From positions 1 through 51,704 of the forward strand of contig ADNK01003306.1 of assembly GCA_000320545.1 (NCBI GenBank): a stretch of DNA of 51,704 nucleotides. Reading direction: 5' to 3'. The stretch comes from Bigelowiella natans CCMP2755. Taxonomy: Eukaryota > Protista > Cercozoa. Positions 1 to 12,753 of this stretch are shown one piece after another (position 1 is the first letter of the stretch; each line of letters begins with the position of its first letter). The notes beneath the pieces are model-generated. The model was not told the DNA's origin. It worked only from the letters and a program-made list of their open reading frames with translations, and made no database searches. Both the position numbers and the translations under genes were made by a program.

Positions 1-1
1 C

Positions 2-36
<35 letters not shown>

Positions 37-100
37 CCATCATCATCATCATCATCATCATAATCATCATCATAATCATCATCATCATCCTCATCATCAC

Positions 101-586
101 CTTAAAGGCCCCCCACGTGTACACCCTTCCTTTGCCATCAAGTGCTGCTACGTGAGAATCTCCAGCAGAAACTTGGACGAATTCAAAGTCATGATCGAGT
201 TGGTGTGGGTGCTGCTTTCTACTGTTATTGGCGTCGTCATCGATTTCAGATGACGTCAATGTCGGCTGCTCTATCGTCCTTCTCCTTGTGAAATTGACGC
301 GGGTAGGAAGTCGCTCGTTGCCAAAAGGACCTTCAAAACCCGATGTTTTACGGCACACCTAATACATCATCATGATCATCATCATTGTCATCATCACCTC
401 CTATCAACTACTATAAATTTCTCCTTATAAATACACGCACATCTGAATACCCACCATCAACCCATTTCTTCTCAGTATCATTGACGAACATATGCGCAGC
501 ATATGTTGTACCACTTTATAACAATAATGTATACATCTTAGATAATAATGGGGCGTTAATTATATATTATATATAATGTGTGCGTA

Positions 587-621
<35 letters not shown>

Positions 622-832
622 TATTACAGGCCCCGCCAGCCTCCCCAATGAACCTCCATCGTTGACACCCCATGTCAAGATTCTGCCGGTATTATCAATT
701 GCAGCAGTAAACATTGATCCACATGCGGCGTCTCGTATTGCTGTTGTAGTATCATCCTTACGGTGATTCTTGCCTGAAATCACTAATGAAGCAATAAAAT
801 AGCAGTGTCAAGTGATTTGAAGACATGTTGCT

Positions 833-867
<35 letters not shown>

Positions 868-1147
868 GTGGTGCTCATGCTGATGGAAATTCGTGCTGCC
901 TAAATTGTGTTGTGATGACACGAGCTCGATAATCACGCTACTTTTATCTCCTCAACCTTTATTGGCTATGCTCACCCCCTTCCCTCCCCCCCCTTTTATC
1001 TGCTGTACGTGTGTATTTCCTTAGTTTCCGTCTACTACTATCATGATGATGATGATCATCATCATAGGTATCATCATCTTTGATGTTATTTGTCGTTCAA
1101 CTCCCACTTCGTGACATATTTGAAGGTTACTAGCTATCAATGTGTGC

Positions 1148-1180
<33 letters not shown>

Positions 1181-1232
1181 AGTGTTCTTCGTCATTATTA
1201 CCATAGCTGCTGCTGCTATTGAGGGTTGTTGG

Positions 1233-1265
<33 letters not shown>

Positions 1266-2736
1266 GTCATCAAAATGCAGCTCTGTGGGAATTGGAACAC
1301 CGCCTCCCCCAGTTATATTGTCAGGGAGGCCTAATTCACCGAAATCCCCTGCTCCGTAGATGAATAGAGATTTTGATGTCGTAGCGTGAGATTTGTGTTT
1401 GATCTTTGCTTGGAGTGGAACCAACGTCACGCTACTACTACTACTACTACTACTACTAGTACTACTACTGGGCTGCTGTCGCTTCCCGCGTTGGTTCACC
1501 CGCCGCCTTTTCTTCGTCGTCGTTGTCGTTGTCGTTGTCGTTGTTTGTGATAGGACTGGAGACGCTACTGACTCATTGCTTCTCGTTCTCTTCCTCTTCG
1601 TCGTCGTCGTGGTTGTCTTTAATGTTAGATTTTGCTCAGCAGTATTAGTAGTAGCAGTGTTAGTAGAACCCTCCTTTGTTGTTCGCCGCCTTCTCGTCAT
1701 TGCTGTACCAGTGCTGTTGCTACTACTATCATTCGACCCCCCCCTCTCTCTCTCCCTCCCTCCTCCCCCCTCCCCCTGCTTCTTACTACGCCGCCCTAAC
1801 CGACCTCTCTTCCCCCCCCCCCCCCAATTCAGCAGTCATTCTCGACGTCTTTCTTGTTGCTGCTCCAGTAGCGATAATAGTAGCATTTTTGCGTCGTCGT
1901 GACACGTATTGGCGTTTTTGCCGCGGCTTTATTTGCTCCTTGGAGGAGGAAGAGCTAGCAACGTTCATGCCCTCTTTCTCATCATCAACCCCCTCCTCTT
2001 TCGCACCCCCCCCCCTCTGTTTCTTCTTCTTTTTGGCCATCATCAGCATTTTGCCTCCATCATCATCGTGCTCTTCCTTCCTCGAACGCTTGCGGCTTCT
2101 ACCCTCAAAAAGGCTTGAGGAGCCATCATCGTCATCACCATCTGTCCCCGTTCTCTTCTTCCTCCTCCTCTGACGTTCTTCTTCCTTGTTGATGTTGTTG
2201 TTCTTCTTCTTGTCCAGGCCTCCCTTGTCTTTCTCTTTCTGATCGACGTCATGTTTCCTTTTTCTACCCCGGGTGGTCATCACGAGAGACTTAGTTCTGG
2301 TATTCTTGCTGCTAGTAAAAGAAGAAGTGCTAGAAGAGGAAGAACTCGTAGCACCACCACCAGCAGCTGTGCGTTGTTCTGCTCCTCTGTTTACCACCTT
2401 CTTGTCCCCCCCTAGGGAAGGACTTACAGTGGTTGCTGCTGTATCTTCTCCATCTGTTGTCGTTTTTGATTTTTGACGACCTTTTCCAAGACCCCTCCCT
2501 CTCCCTCTTCCTCGTCCTCTCCCTCCTGTTGTTGTGATGTCTTTTGTGCCCTCTGATGATATTTGATCCTGCTGCTGCTGCTGCAACGAAGATTTGTTGT
2601 CTTTGCTGTAGCGGCTTGTCCTTCCACCTCTCAAGCTACTCCACAGCTGCTGATGCAGCCGCGACGATCCTTGTTGAGATAACATAACATTCTTCAGTAC
2701 TGATAATATGACCAGGACGATGACATAGTAGTAGTG

Positions 2737-2769
<33 letters not shown>

Positions 2770-3503
2770 CTCAATGACAACAACTGCATACATACATACA
2801 TACATACATACTACCATACTAATAGAGTACTACGATGGGCATAATAGTAGTACTCGATGACAACAGCATACATACATACATACATACATACATGATTATA
2901 TACATGCATACTACATACTAATGTAGTACTACGATGGCATGCTAGTACTCAATGACACAACTACATACACACACACACACATACTAAATACTAATGTAAT
3001 ACTACTTATTATTAGCTGCCAAAGCCTTTTGAATCAATGTTCTCCATAGAAATCGGATCCCCTCTCCTTCCTACAACGGGCGGTTCTTGCCTTACAATCT
3101 CAGCCGGAAGTGGCGCACTGGAGAGTATGATTCCAAGTGCCGTCGTCAGTGCTACCACTATCACCACCATTATGGGCTTTACCAGAGGGGGATTGTTATT
3201 CACCCCCCTGCTCCTGAAAGTAATGAAATAACAACAACAACCAACCCCCGATTCCAAAGTAAGATCTTAAATTGCTAAATATGATGTTTAGTGCTGCTGC
3301 AATAATAAGTGGATAATAGATGATGATTCTGACGACGCATTATTTTGATCAAGGACAAATCTAATCAAACACGTTAAATGGAAATATATAAGACGACTGA
3401 TTTTGGTATCCCCAGCCATCGAAATGATCTTTTTACGCGACGCAATGCTCACGACGAGGTACCTCGTCCCATAGTGGCGGGGCCGATGGGGCTCGGCTGC
3501 CAT
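101..3503 (-). CDS. RCC1-repeat protein with N-terminal signal-like segment and long basic low-complexity region; multi-exon, continues off the left edge
   Basis: RCC1 blades in successive exons: LFIYGAGDFGELGL (in ORF 1137-1700), AACGSMFTAAIDNTGRILTWGVNDGGSLGR (ORF 556-783), VQVSAGDSHVAALDGKGRVYTWGAF (~101-180). 5' exons 3503-3463 and 3213-3096 splice in phase (GT-AG) to 2691. One frameshift in the C-run at 1812-1825 is needed to join the ORFs. Confidence 0.8.
2764..3005. repeat. Degenerate ~85-95 bp tandem repeat (about 3 copies) with (CATA)n cores, intronic
   Basis: Recurring GTACTC(A/G)ATGACA ... (CATA)n ... CATACTAAT..AGTACTACGATGG units. Confidence 0.7.
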
Positions 3504-3673
3504 TCTTCTAAATCTTTCTCGGTTGGGGTTTTGAGTCGCAACAAAATAGCAATTGACATTATTCATGCGACAAACTTAGACCCGCCTTTTTATTCATAAA
3601 TGCCGAAATATGTTGTTATTGTTGCTGCGTAAATGCGCAAAAGTAGAAGCAGGAAATTGTTTTATCCCAGAGT

Positions 3674-3703
3674 AGATCTAGATCTAGATCTAGATCTAGA
3701 TCT
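3674..3703. promoter_or_regulatory. (AGATCT)5 palindromic array, candidate promoter element
   Basis: Five perfect AGATCT units ~170 bp upstream of the inferred RCC1 ATG. The same motif recurs at 39931-39948. Confidence 0.4.
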
Positions 3704-4360
3704 GACCAGTCTAAAAATCATTTCTCCTAGGAAATAGACTTAATGGTAGCTGTATTTAACATCTCATCAGATTTTATTTAGAACCGTTGAGAGCAATCTC
3801 TCTCCGAACTCGTTGGAAAAAACAAAAATACTCTTTTTATTTTCGATAGCGACATTGAAATCATTTCCATTTCTTAAAACCCGAATAATTATTTAAAATT
3901 ATTCAACGGATATCCACCTATCTTTTGCACATGGTTTCAGATATATTCCTGTACATAGATCGAAAACTTTTATTCGTCCAGCATAAAACCACTACATTTC
4001 CAACACTGCGACATCATATCCATCAATTTTTTGGGGGAATTTAGCTCTAACCTTTTGCTCGTCCTCATAATCTAAATAATAAAAATTCATAACTCAAAAC
4101 CCTCGTGAGAACCGAGCATGGAGATGAGAGCGCTAGTTGATGAACGTGTATCATCAAAGAGGAATATATTCTAGGGGGGGTGGAAAGAAAGATGACAGAT
4201 ATTATAGTCAAATTTTAAGTCGGAAATGTCTGCATGAAGGAGGGGGGAAGGAGGAACTAATCTATCCTAACAGATTTGCAAGACAAAGGTTTCGCGAGTT
4301 CTAACTTGAATATCAATAACAGGCTCTGTCTTCTCTCAATTAAGACCCAAAGCTATAAAT

Positions 4361-4403
4361 ATGTCTCAGTCAAATATCGTTGCTCCTTGGGATCGCCAAA
4401 GCG

Positions 4404-4434
<31 letters not shown>

Positions 4435-5465
4435 AAGTTAAAGTAGCACTTGCGTTCTTTTGCGCTTAACTTGTCAAAATATGCGACTAGTTTCGTTTGC
4501 GTTACAGCCATTACAATTGTAAATTACGAACTTGACATCTTTATCACTGAAGTATTGGATATAACAATAACATCCAATTGTCTGTGTGTATTACTATATA
4601 TGTAGCTACGTGAATGCGTATGTGTGTTGGCGTGCGTATGAATGTATTCATATCTGTAGAATGTCCTTTGCACACAATCAATCTCATCACTATTACTAAC
4701 TCTTTAGCGTCATCCGCTGGTAAGCGAATGAACTTGCGTTCCAGCACAACCACCGCTCCATGGGGCAAAAAAGGCTGTGAAGCAAAGCCCGCAAAGAAGA
4801 TAATCAAACCTAAGCAACAGGAGGTGAAAATCACGGGAAAGAAAATGTTCAAGGTTAAAAAATTCACACAGGCGAAATCTTGCTAACTTAACAAACAGCG
4901 AATGCCAAAATTAAATATAATTTCCCAATTTTTTTTTTATTTCGTCTATTAATTTCATTTTTGAATCATTTATTAAGGACTTTGTACCATCTTCGCGTCC
5001 ATCAACACGCATTGGAAAGAAGATGATTCAGCCATCCACGAAGAATGCCACTACCAATCGACCTACCACGTCAAGGTGCCAAGAATTTCATCTTGATGAT
5101 TTTCGTTTCTTAAATTTTGTGAATCGTAATCGTAATCAGTGGGAAACGGATTCTTGGTATTGCCCACAAAGAAAACTACAACATTCTTAGCAACAAGGTC
5201 GCAGTTTCAGCTACTAACAAAAGGAAATGAAAAAGATAGAAAAGTTATATGACTATTATTTGCATTTAAAGTTCTACAATCTAAATTAGTGTCTTGCACG
5301 ATCAATTTTAGCCATCCAAATCAACCAACAAGAAACCCAGCGACAGTCTTCTGAAAACTCATGAAACCAATATTGAGACAGGGGTTAAGGTAATCTATAA
5401 TTGTTAAAATCCTTAGAAAACTATGTGAACTGACACACATATAAACACATTGATATATAATATAT

Positions 5466-5508
<43 letters not shown>

Positions 5509-5823
5509 TATTTTCTTATGTAGCCAACGGTGGCTCCTGAGCATCGTGGAAAGAAGATTCTTACCAAGAAAAAAACCCACTTCAGTGGAATGACTGCGTA
5601 TGAACACTAATAAACAACGTAGGTATATATCAGAATTTGAGCCTGACCCTCATTTTATAATCTAGGTTGGGATCCGCCACGAAGCCAAGGAAAGCGCACA
5701 AAAAACCTGAATCACATTTCAGAGGCTCACTGAGGGTACTTACAAAATATTTTTAGACACATACCAATGTCTAATCATTTCCTCTTTGTTTAGCGCGGAA
5801 ATCTGAGCAAGCTTATGCGATAG
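4361..5823 (+). CDS. Hypothetical small basic protein, multi-exon, with repeated GK(K/R)M and APW motifs
   Basis: Spliced reading MSQSNIVAPWDRQS|ASSAGKRMNL...TTAPW...ITGKKMFK|DFVPSSRPSTRIGKKMIQ...HRGKKIL. Some 3' exon phases are uncertain. Confidence 0.5.
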
Positions 5824-6089
5824 ATTTTCTTTTAAGAAAACAAGGCAATCAGCTCATATTATTCACTCGAAGAACTTAATTGTTTTCGTTTTGCGACACT
5901 ACTCCGCCTTGGTCATAGCTCCATATCTCTTTTTCAAGTTAACGGCTGCCGATTTTAAATAGAGTTAGACTTTTGATAGGTCGAATGTGTAGAACAAAGG
6001 CATTACTGTACATCTTAAAAGAAATTAACGCGAAAAATGTCATTTTGTTTTCACTTAAGCAGCGCTAATCATGTTCGTTTGTTTGGAAT

Positions 6090-7140
6090 TGGATTGCAAC
6101 ATGCGCTAGCTAGGAATGTGCGTTGTTCTAGATCATACTAGCATGATACTGCATCATGTGTGTGCTTGAACATGGTGTAGTTGAGTAGTTGCATTGCAGA
6201 CTGACCACACTTGGCGCTACGAGCAAGCAGCTGTATGTTGTAAACTGACAAGAGAATGCATTTGCATGAGCTGATGTGGACTTCACGCCCACAAGGGCAT
6301 GCTAGCATGCCCGTGTGCGCATGTCTCAATGCGCGTAGCGTAGCGTGTAGCGTGTGACGGCATTCGCTAGTTCGCGAATCACCTAAACTAGCAAATTGCT
6401 GTCCATCTGCTGTCGGACTTGCACAAATGCCATTGTCTTCTGTCGTAGATAGACTGTCAAATTATTCAATCTCAGGAAGACATATTGCAGCGTGCCAGCC
6501 TATTTTCGATTCGGGTGACGATCAACAACTAGACAATGTCATTGGAATGCCACAATGACACGTGACATGCTCGTTTGTCGAATTCACTTCAATGTTCGAG
6601 TGAATCATCTTCACATCATCACACTTGTGTGATTCAAGCTCATGTGTTGCAGTAGTTTGCATGGCATGTCAATCATGTCAAGGTTCACACATTCCAACGG
6701 TGTGCGCACATCATTGCAGCACAACGAATGAACGCGATGGAATTTTCGCAGCCTGGCCTTTTTTTTCGAATGATCGATTTGTCAAACAATGACGAGCAAC
6801 CATCGCTAGTGATGCACAGCAAGGGCGGTGCGCACGTGCGTGATGGGTGAGAGTGCACCCATTCCAGCATTGCTGGATTGCACGCGTGCTTGCAACCTGC
6901 TGGCATGGCGGAATGACACCAGGTTGTGAGGCACCTCTGACCTGACAAGCACGGATGTGCTAGATGTGTGAGATGATTGGTCGCGCACATTGGTCGATCG
7001 ATCATCATTGCGCATCGACGACGTGTTTCCTCGATTGACCAACAAGCCGTACCCAACAACAACAAAGTTCCCCACCGCCACTCAGGACTTCACTGTGTCC
7101 TCAAAACCCATCATCATCATCATCATCATCACCATCATCT
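6090..7140. other. TpA-depleted, CTAG-sparing intergenic island 1
   Basis: Manual count 6541-7140: 4 TpA in 600 bp (2 CTAG, 1 GTAG, 1 GTAC). The flank 6090-6540 is partly depleted, with mostly CTA/TAG survivors. Confidence 0.85.
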
Positions 7141-7199
7141 TCATCAGTGACAGGTGATTTTGGTTGTTAAAAACTAGATTAAAAGCGTTTAGTTTTGAT

Positions 7200-8232
7200 G
7201 TCGCGATGCCAAAACACAGGAGGTTTACTACCATGCTGCTACAAGCAAGTTGCTACCTCCTGTCGTTCTGGAAATGCATCTTTGTTTATCGAATGTTGGA
7301 TAACACGATGGCAATGATGTAAACGGCAGCTCTGTGGCTATCTAGCTATAGTAGGACAAAAATGATAGTTCGAAACAGGAGCGCTATTTGGGGACCATTC
7401 CTTTGTGTCCTTGTCTCTGCAATTTATCATTTAATCGTGCTGTCTCCAGAACGTCTTCTAAACAAGAACACGATGAAAGAGTAAAAACATTTTCGTGATC
7501 TTGTGGCTTGAATGAAATTCAACAATGGTGATAGTATGCCTTTTGTTTTCAGCCTCAGCGATGGCTACTGCGCAACACAGGATTTCACAGTAAAAAGAAA
7601 CGGAGAAGATACTTACACACACAAATTTTATATGATCTTTGTGCGTGCATGCATGGGAACATAAATAACATTTACTTGTATAGATCATACTCAGCCCACA
7701 AATCACTCATTATCAATAAGTGATAATGTCCATGACGCAGGCAGACGAGTCGCTGTTGAAAAATGGCTTCGTGCATTTCAAGAATTTCACCCCAACATCA
7801 GACTTACAAGTAACTTTACTAAATAAGGAGTTTGAACTGCTGAATAGCTCAATCTTTGTATTTCGTCAATGGCTTTAGAATCATTTTTAGCACTTGAAAT
7901 ACTTCTCATAACGCTGTTTATTGTATCTTTAATTATATTTTATACCCATTAGAATTTGATGAAACGCATAAGCAACATATCCTATGCGACGAGATATGTT
8001 TGTGGAGCTTCTGATATACGTAGTATTTAAAGCACCACGCACGACGCACATTTATAAAACACACATAGATTAAGGGGGGGAGAGAGAGAGAAAGAAAATA
8101 CGTGGCCACATAGTATTGCAGATTGTACGCTTTTATATTTAAAAAAGAAACCTTTGTTGATCCTACCCCAAATTTTATCTTCAGAGCCAGAAGAGTGCAT
8201 GGATGTAGGGGAGGACATAGAGGCCAGGTAGT

Positions 8233-8278
<46 letters not shown>

Positions 8279-8532
8279 ACACACACACACACACCTGGTG
8301 CCAAGCACAACCTTGGTGTTTGTATGTATATGTGCGTGCGTGTGCAGTTGATGTTTATTTGTTACTGAGATTAAACTACCAACGCTGAACATTTTCTATT
8401 CAACATTTGAATTCTTCTTTTGGGACAAAAAGAGCATTTGATAATGCTATTATTGTCACTTATCACTGTTTTAGATATCCTGGAATGATAAGGAAACTGT
8501 ATGGCCGATTTGATATTTGGAGGAAAAGTAGT

Positions 8533-8566
<34 letters not shown>

Positions 8567-8581
8567 GTATTATGTACACGC

Positions 8582-8624
<43 letters not shown>

Positions 8625-8653
8625 TATATATATTATAATATAATATACATATC

Positions 8654-8692
<39 letters not shown>

Positions 8693-10369
8693 CACTTTTC
8701 CAACCGTACTACCACCATAATCCATTTTCTTTCTCTCTCTTCTCTCTTCTCACTCTCTCTCTCCCTCTTTCATCTATTCTCACCTTCGATTTTTATCAAA
8801 TCCTAGAGAACTACATATCAAAGCTAAAGATGGATCAGTGGGGTCAATTGCGGGTTATGGGTAGTACTACTACAACAATATATATAGTATATACTAATTA
8901 ATCTTGATTATCCTTACTGTAGTAAAGACATTCTATGAACAATCTTGCTGCTTACAAATCTACCCTCTTCATTGATTCGAGAATATATTTTATTGGCATG
9001 TGTAATCCCTCCAATATTTTTTCTTCATCATCATTGTCATCATCATCAACATCATTCTTGTTCTTCTTCAAATCCCCTACTACTGCGTGATTATTGTTCC
9101 TAGGGTCGGAGTTCATTGCTATAACTGCGTGGAAGTACCCCTTCAGCTTACTCAAAGGAAGGTACTGTTTCTTCTTTTTCATCGTACTGTCATCCTTCCT
9201 CTTTGATGTTGCATTTATCACACTCCTCCTCCCCCTCCTCCTTCTTTTATTGTTTGTTATTGCGATGACATGGCATGACTAGCTGGGAGTATGCTATGGG
9301 CCCGACCTTGTCAAATCGTCTTCCACGTGTATTCTCCCTATTTAAAGGGTGGGTGCGTTGTTGTTAAATACTGTGAATAGCAGTGAGTGTCAATATAGTA
9401 ATAATAAATATTAATAATCGCACACATGGCAAACCTTATATACCTTCCTGATAATGATGTGGAAATCAAGATGGTTTACGAAGAAAACCGGGATTCCAAT
9501 CTATACTGGATATCATGGGTTAGTAAGTAGTCTTATCAGTCGTGTTACTAAGATATGATTGTACTAGTCAGATGATGGCAGAGTGTGTTGCATTGCAAAT
9601 ATTCTCTTTTCCTAATAAACTACCTGAAATGACGGCACAAACATGATGATGTACAGACATGAGTATTTACGCGGATTCTTGTTCTTCTTCTATGCGTTGA
9701 AGACGATGCGTTTTTGTATAAAGGAGGCACATGATAGTTGACCTTGGTATTATATATACTTGCTCTGTGTATTGTGTGAAAGTGATAGTTGTTGAGTTTG
9801 GTATGTGTTTATACTTGATGTGTATATTGAATCAAGGTGGCATACTGATGGGCCTGATCAAATGGTCAATACTTACACATTATTTAATACTATTATTCGG
9901 TTTGATCTATCATTTTATATAATCATCGTTTTAATGATGTTTTGACATTTTCTTTCTCTTTTCTTCCGAGGTGTGCCTAATTCTTGTGCGATCATGTTGT
10001 TTTTGGCTTCTCATTAAGGGAGGGCGATTTCACAAGCTTTTTATCATGGTTGTACTTACAATACAATCATTATTGATGCCAGTTGTTTATCGTAAAACTA
10101 GATTATGAAACTGCATACGAGGTGATGGTGATAAGGAAATGTCCTCATCATCACACACTTGTACAATCGCACTCTTACTGACACGTGCACGCAGGTTGAG
10201 AAAACAGTCAATGGCAACGCTGCTTCATCTTCCACAATAGAAGAAGAAGAAGAAGAAGAAGAAGAAGAACTACTACTTCGTCACTCAAATCTGCGTGTGA
10301 TTCCAAAGGTTAGTTGTTATGCCTCTGTAAGAAAGAAATAGTACAGATTCAATGCTGCTGCTGCTGCTG

Positions 10370-10407
<38 letters not shown>

Positions 10408-10647
10408 GTGACAAGCGGGGATGTGTGTGCGTTTTTTTTATTATTATTATTATTATTGATGTTGTTATTGTTATTGTTATTGCTTCTCTAATATAGATTC
10501 TGGAATCAAGATTGTTCGAATTTATAGAGCAGAATAGACACCTCTTGAAACCGTATGTATGTACATGTTGTTCCCAACCCTAATGTAATGATTTATTTTG
10601 TCATGTGTTGGCTGCCTACTTCCACGTGTAGGAGCACAATTTATGTC

Positions 10648-10685
<38 letters not shown>

Positions 10686-11200
10686 CTTTATAGCGCATGG
10701 CGCTACACAGGATTAACTGGGATCGTAATGGATTGGCTCATGGAACAAATCGGGTTCATTATAGTACTAGCAAACATATGTGTGATATTATTTAGTGGTA
10801 GTAGTAGTAGTATTAGTAGTAGTAGTAGTCGTAGTAATGGCAACAGTACATTAAAACCATTGTTAAATTTAGTTAACAAACGCGGAACTCTGAGTTCGAA
10901 TCAATCTGACATAAGTCCCAACAATGTTATTCAGATGCACAATTGAAATGGATGTTGGCGATGCATTATTTTTCAGGTCGTTCTTCATAGAATTACCGCC
11001 ATTGATTTCATTTAAACAACAACAATAACAATGATCAACATAATTTTGCACGATAATGTTTAGAGAAAACGTCAAACATCGAACTCAAGATATGGTTGTG
11101 TCACGATACGCAATGATTTTAGATATCCAATAAGGTAAATTGCGCCTAAGATTTCGTATGTGTTTACGGATGACTTGGTATTCTGAGTTGTGAATTCACT
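7200..11200 (-). CDS. Probable hypothetical multi-exon gene; boundaries uncertain
   Basis: Protein-like minus-strand blocks flanked by splice-like signals, e.g. ORF 8952-9221 and LMLGEILEMHEAIFQQRLVCL (~7740-7800). No recognisable domain. Confidence 0.35.
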
Positions 11201-11229
11201 AAGCGCGGCATCGACATGCAAGTAACTTT

Positions 11230-11520
11230 TGAAACTAACTTGATTGGCATGTGCAGTCATTGCACATCTACAAGCTACATTGAATCCGTTATCGTTTCAC
11301 ACCCGCTAGTCTGCATGTGCAATTGATCTGCCGTGTTTGCTAGTTGTAGTTTGCTCGAAAGCACTGTAGAACAACTAGACAATCATCAATCTGCTCCATC
11401 GATGAAGTATCGTGTTTCTAGATTTGATCGCAATAAGCGACAACAGGCACACATGTACAAGCGCCAAACGAGCATTGCAATGTCTGAATGTGCTCGATCG
11501 TAACATGTAGAGCATTGCAT
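11230..11520. other. Partially TpA-depleted intergenic island 2
   Basis: TGCA/CATG-rich; most surviving TpA lie in CTA/TAG/CTAG; located 3' of the MAPEG stop. Confidence 0.5.
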
Positions 11521-11621
11521 GATAGACATGTAATATGATATATATCCTATTACTGTGTATATTATTTGCACGTCCATGCCATTTTTAGATTTGTCAATTA
11601 CTTACAGCAGTGTGTTGCGCA

Positions 11622-11663
<42 letters not shown>

Positions 11664-11848
11664 CTTTGCGACGACCTTGCGATGAATAGCTAGATAGGCT
11701 CTAGCTCATAATGATTTTCTTAAACAATTATTTATATCTCTTATGTAACGTGGCGGAGGTACACAAAATAATGCCCTCTTATTAGTATTAACTATGATGC
11801 AAGTGACTACGATATAGTTAAAAGTTTAAACAAGCAAGTAGAATAGCC

Positions 11849-12541
11849 CTAGAGAGAGAGGGTTAGTGCAGCAACCAGTAGAACGAAAGAGAAGTTCAGG
11901 TAGTAAGCAAGAACAAGAATCGTAAAACCAGTAGATCTTTTTGTTGCATTTATTTTGTAGTCATTGGAAAATTTGTACACGCCAAACGCGTAAATAAGAG
12001 CAATTGGTAATGTAGTGATAGCCCCAAAGACAGGAGAATGAAGAACAAAACCCGTAATAAATATTGGTAGAGACTCGTCAAGATTGGCAGAGGCACGCTG
12101 AGCTCTATTAAAGCGACCTATCACTCCATCATTCATCATCATAACGAATGGCGCATTCGATAGCGGGCCAGAGTCGGCCATAATCTGGTAAACGTGCTGA
12201 TCAGGTCTGTCAACACGGGCAGGTGCTCGTGCCATACTTGCGTTGATTGTCGAATATACCTTGGAGAGGTAGCAAACAAGCCATCCAACATAGACGTATC
12301 CAAGGTTATACTCGCGAACAAAAGCAAGCTTCTTCTCGATCATCTTGGCCTGAATGGGAAGGAAGTACCAAACTGCAAAGTAGGTTCCGGTAGCCAGTGC
12401 AAGACCCACGAATAAACAGAAGCTTATCATTTTAACATAGAAAGCTGCTGTCTCCGATTCGCTCTTCGCCTTTTCCGGGGGCAAGAAACCTTTGGAATCC
12501 TTTGTGTCCAAGAGTAGGGGAGTGGATTGCGTGCCTGCCAT
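11849..12541 (-). CDS. MAPEG-family membrane protein (microsomal glutathione S-transferase-like), intronless
   Basis: 230-aa ORF with several hydrophobic helices and the MAPEG signature FNRAQRASANLDESLPIF (cf. RAHxNxxExxPxF). Confidence 0.8.
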   Translation of the reverse strand: MAGTQSTPLLLDTKDSKGFLPPEKAKSESETAAFYVKMISFCLFVGLALATGTYFAVWYFLPIQAKMIEKKLAFVREYNLGYVYVGWLVCYLSKVYSTINASMARAPARVDRPDQHVYQIMADSGPLSNAPFVMMMNDGVIGRFNRAQRASANLDESLPIFITGFVLHSPVFGAITTLPIALIYAFGVYKFSNDYKINATKRSTGFTILVLAYYLNFSFVLLVAALTLSL

Positions 12542-12753
12542 GTTTTTCCTTGAGCACGGGGGAGGAAGGTACTCAAATATTGGTTGGAAATTTGATGTTG
12601 ATGCTCTTACATGGATGTAATAAGGAACAAACTAGCAAAAATTCAACATGACAATGTGTCGCAGTGACGGGTACTAGGGCATTTTCGATTGCCTTCATAA
12701 GTACCGGTAATACCTGGTGGTTTAAGAAGACGAAGACCTTCTTGATTGGTTGG

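Noticed and set aside
1812-1825. Frameshift between ORFs 1786-2817 and 1137-1700 as programmed frameshifting or a pseudogene
   Set aside because: It falls in a 14-nt C homopolymer with both frames open on either side. A sequencing or assembly indel is the simplest explanation; check with reads.
6524-11383. Shared 14-mer AACAACTAGACAAT in islands 1 and 2
   Set aside because: Similarity does not visibly extend further, so it is insufficient to call a repeat family.
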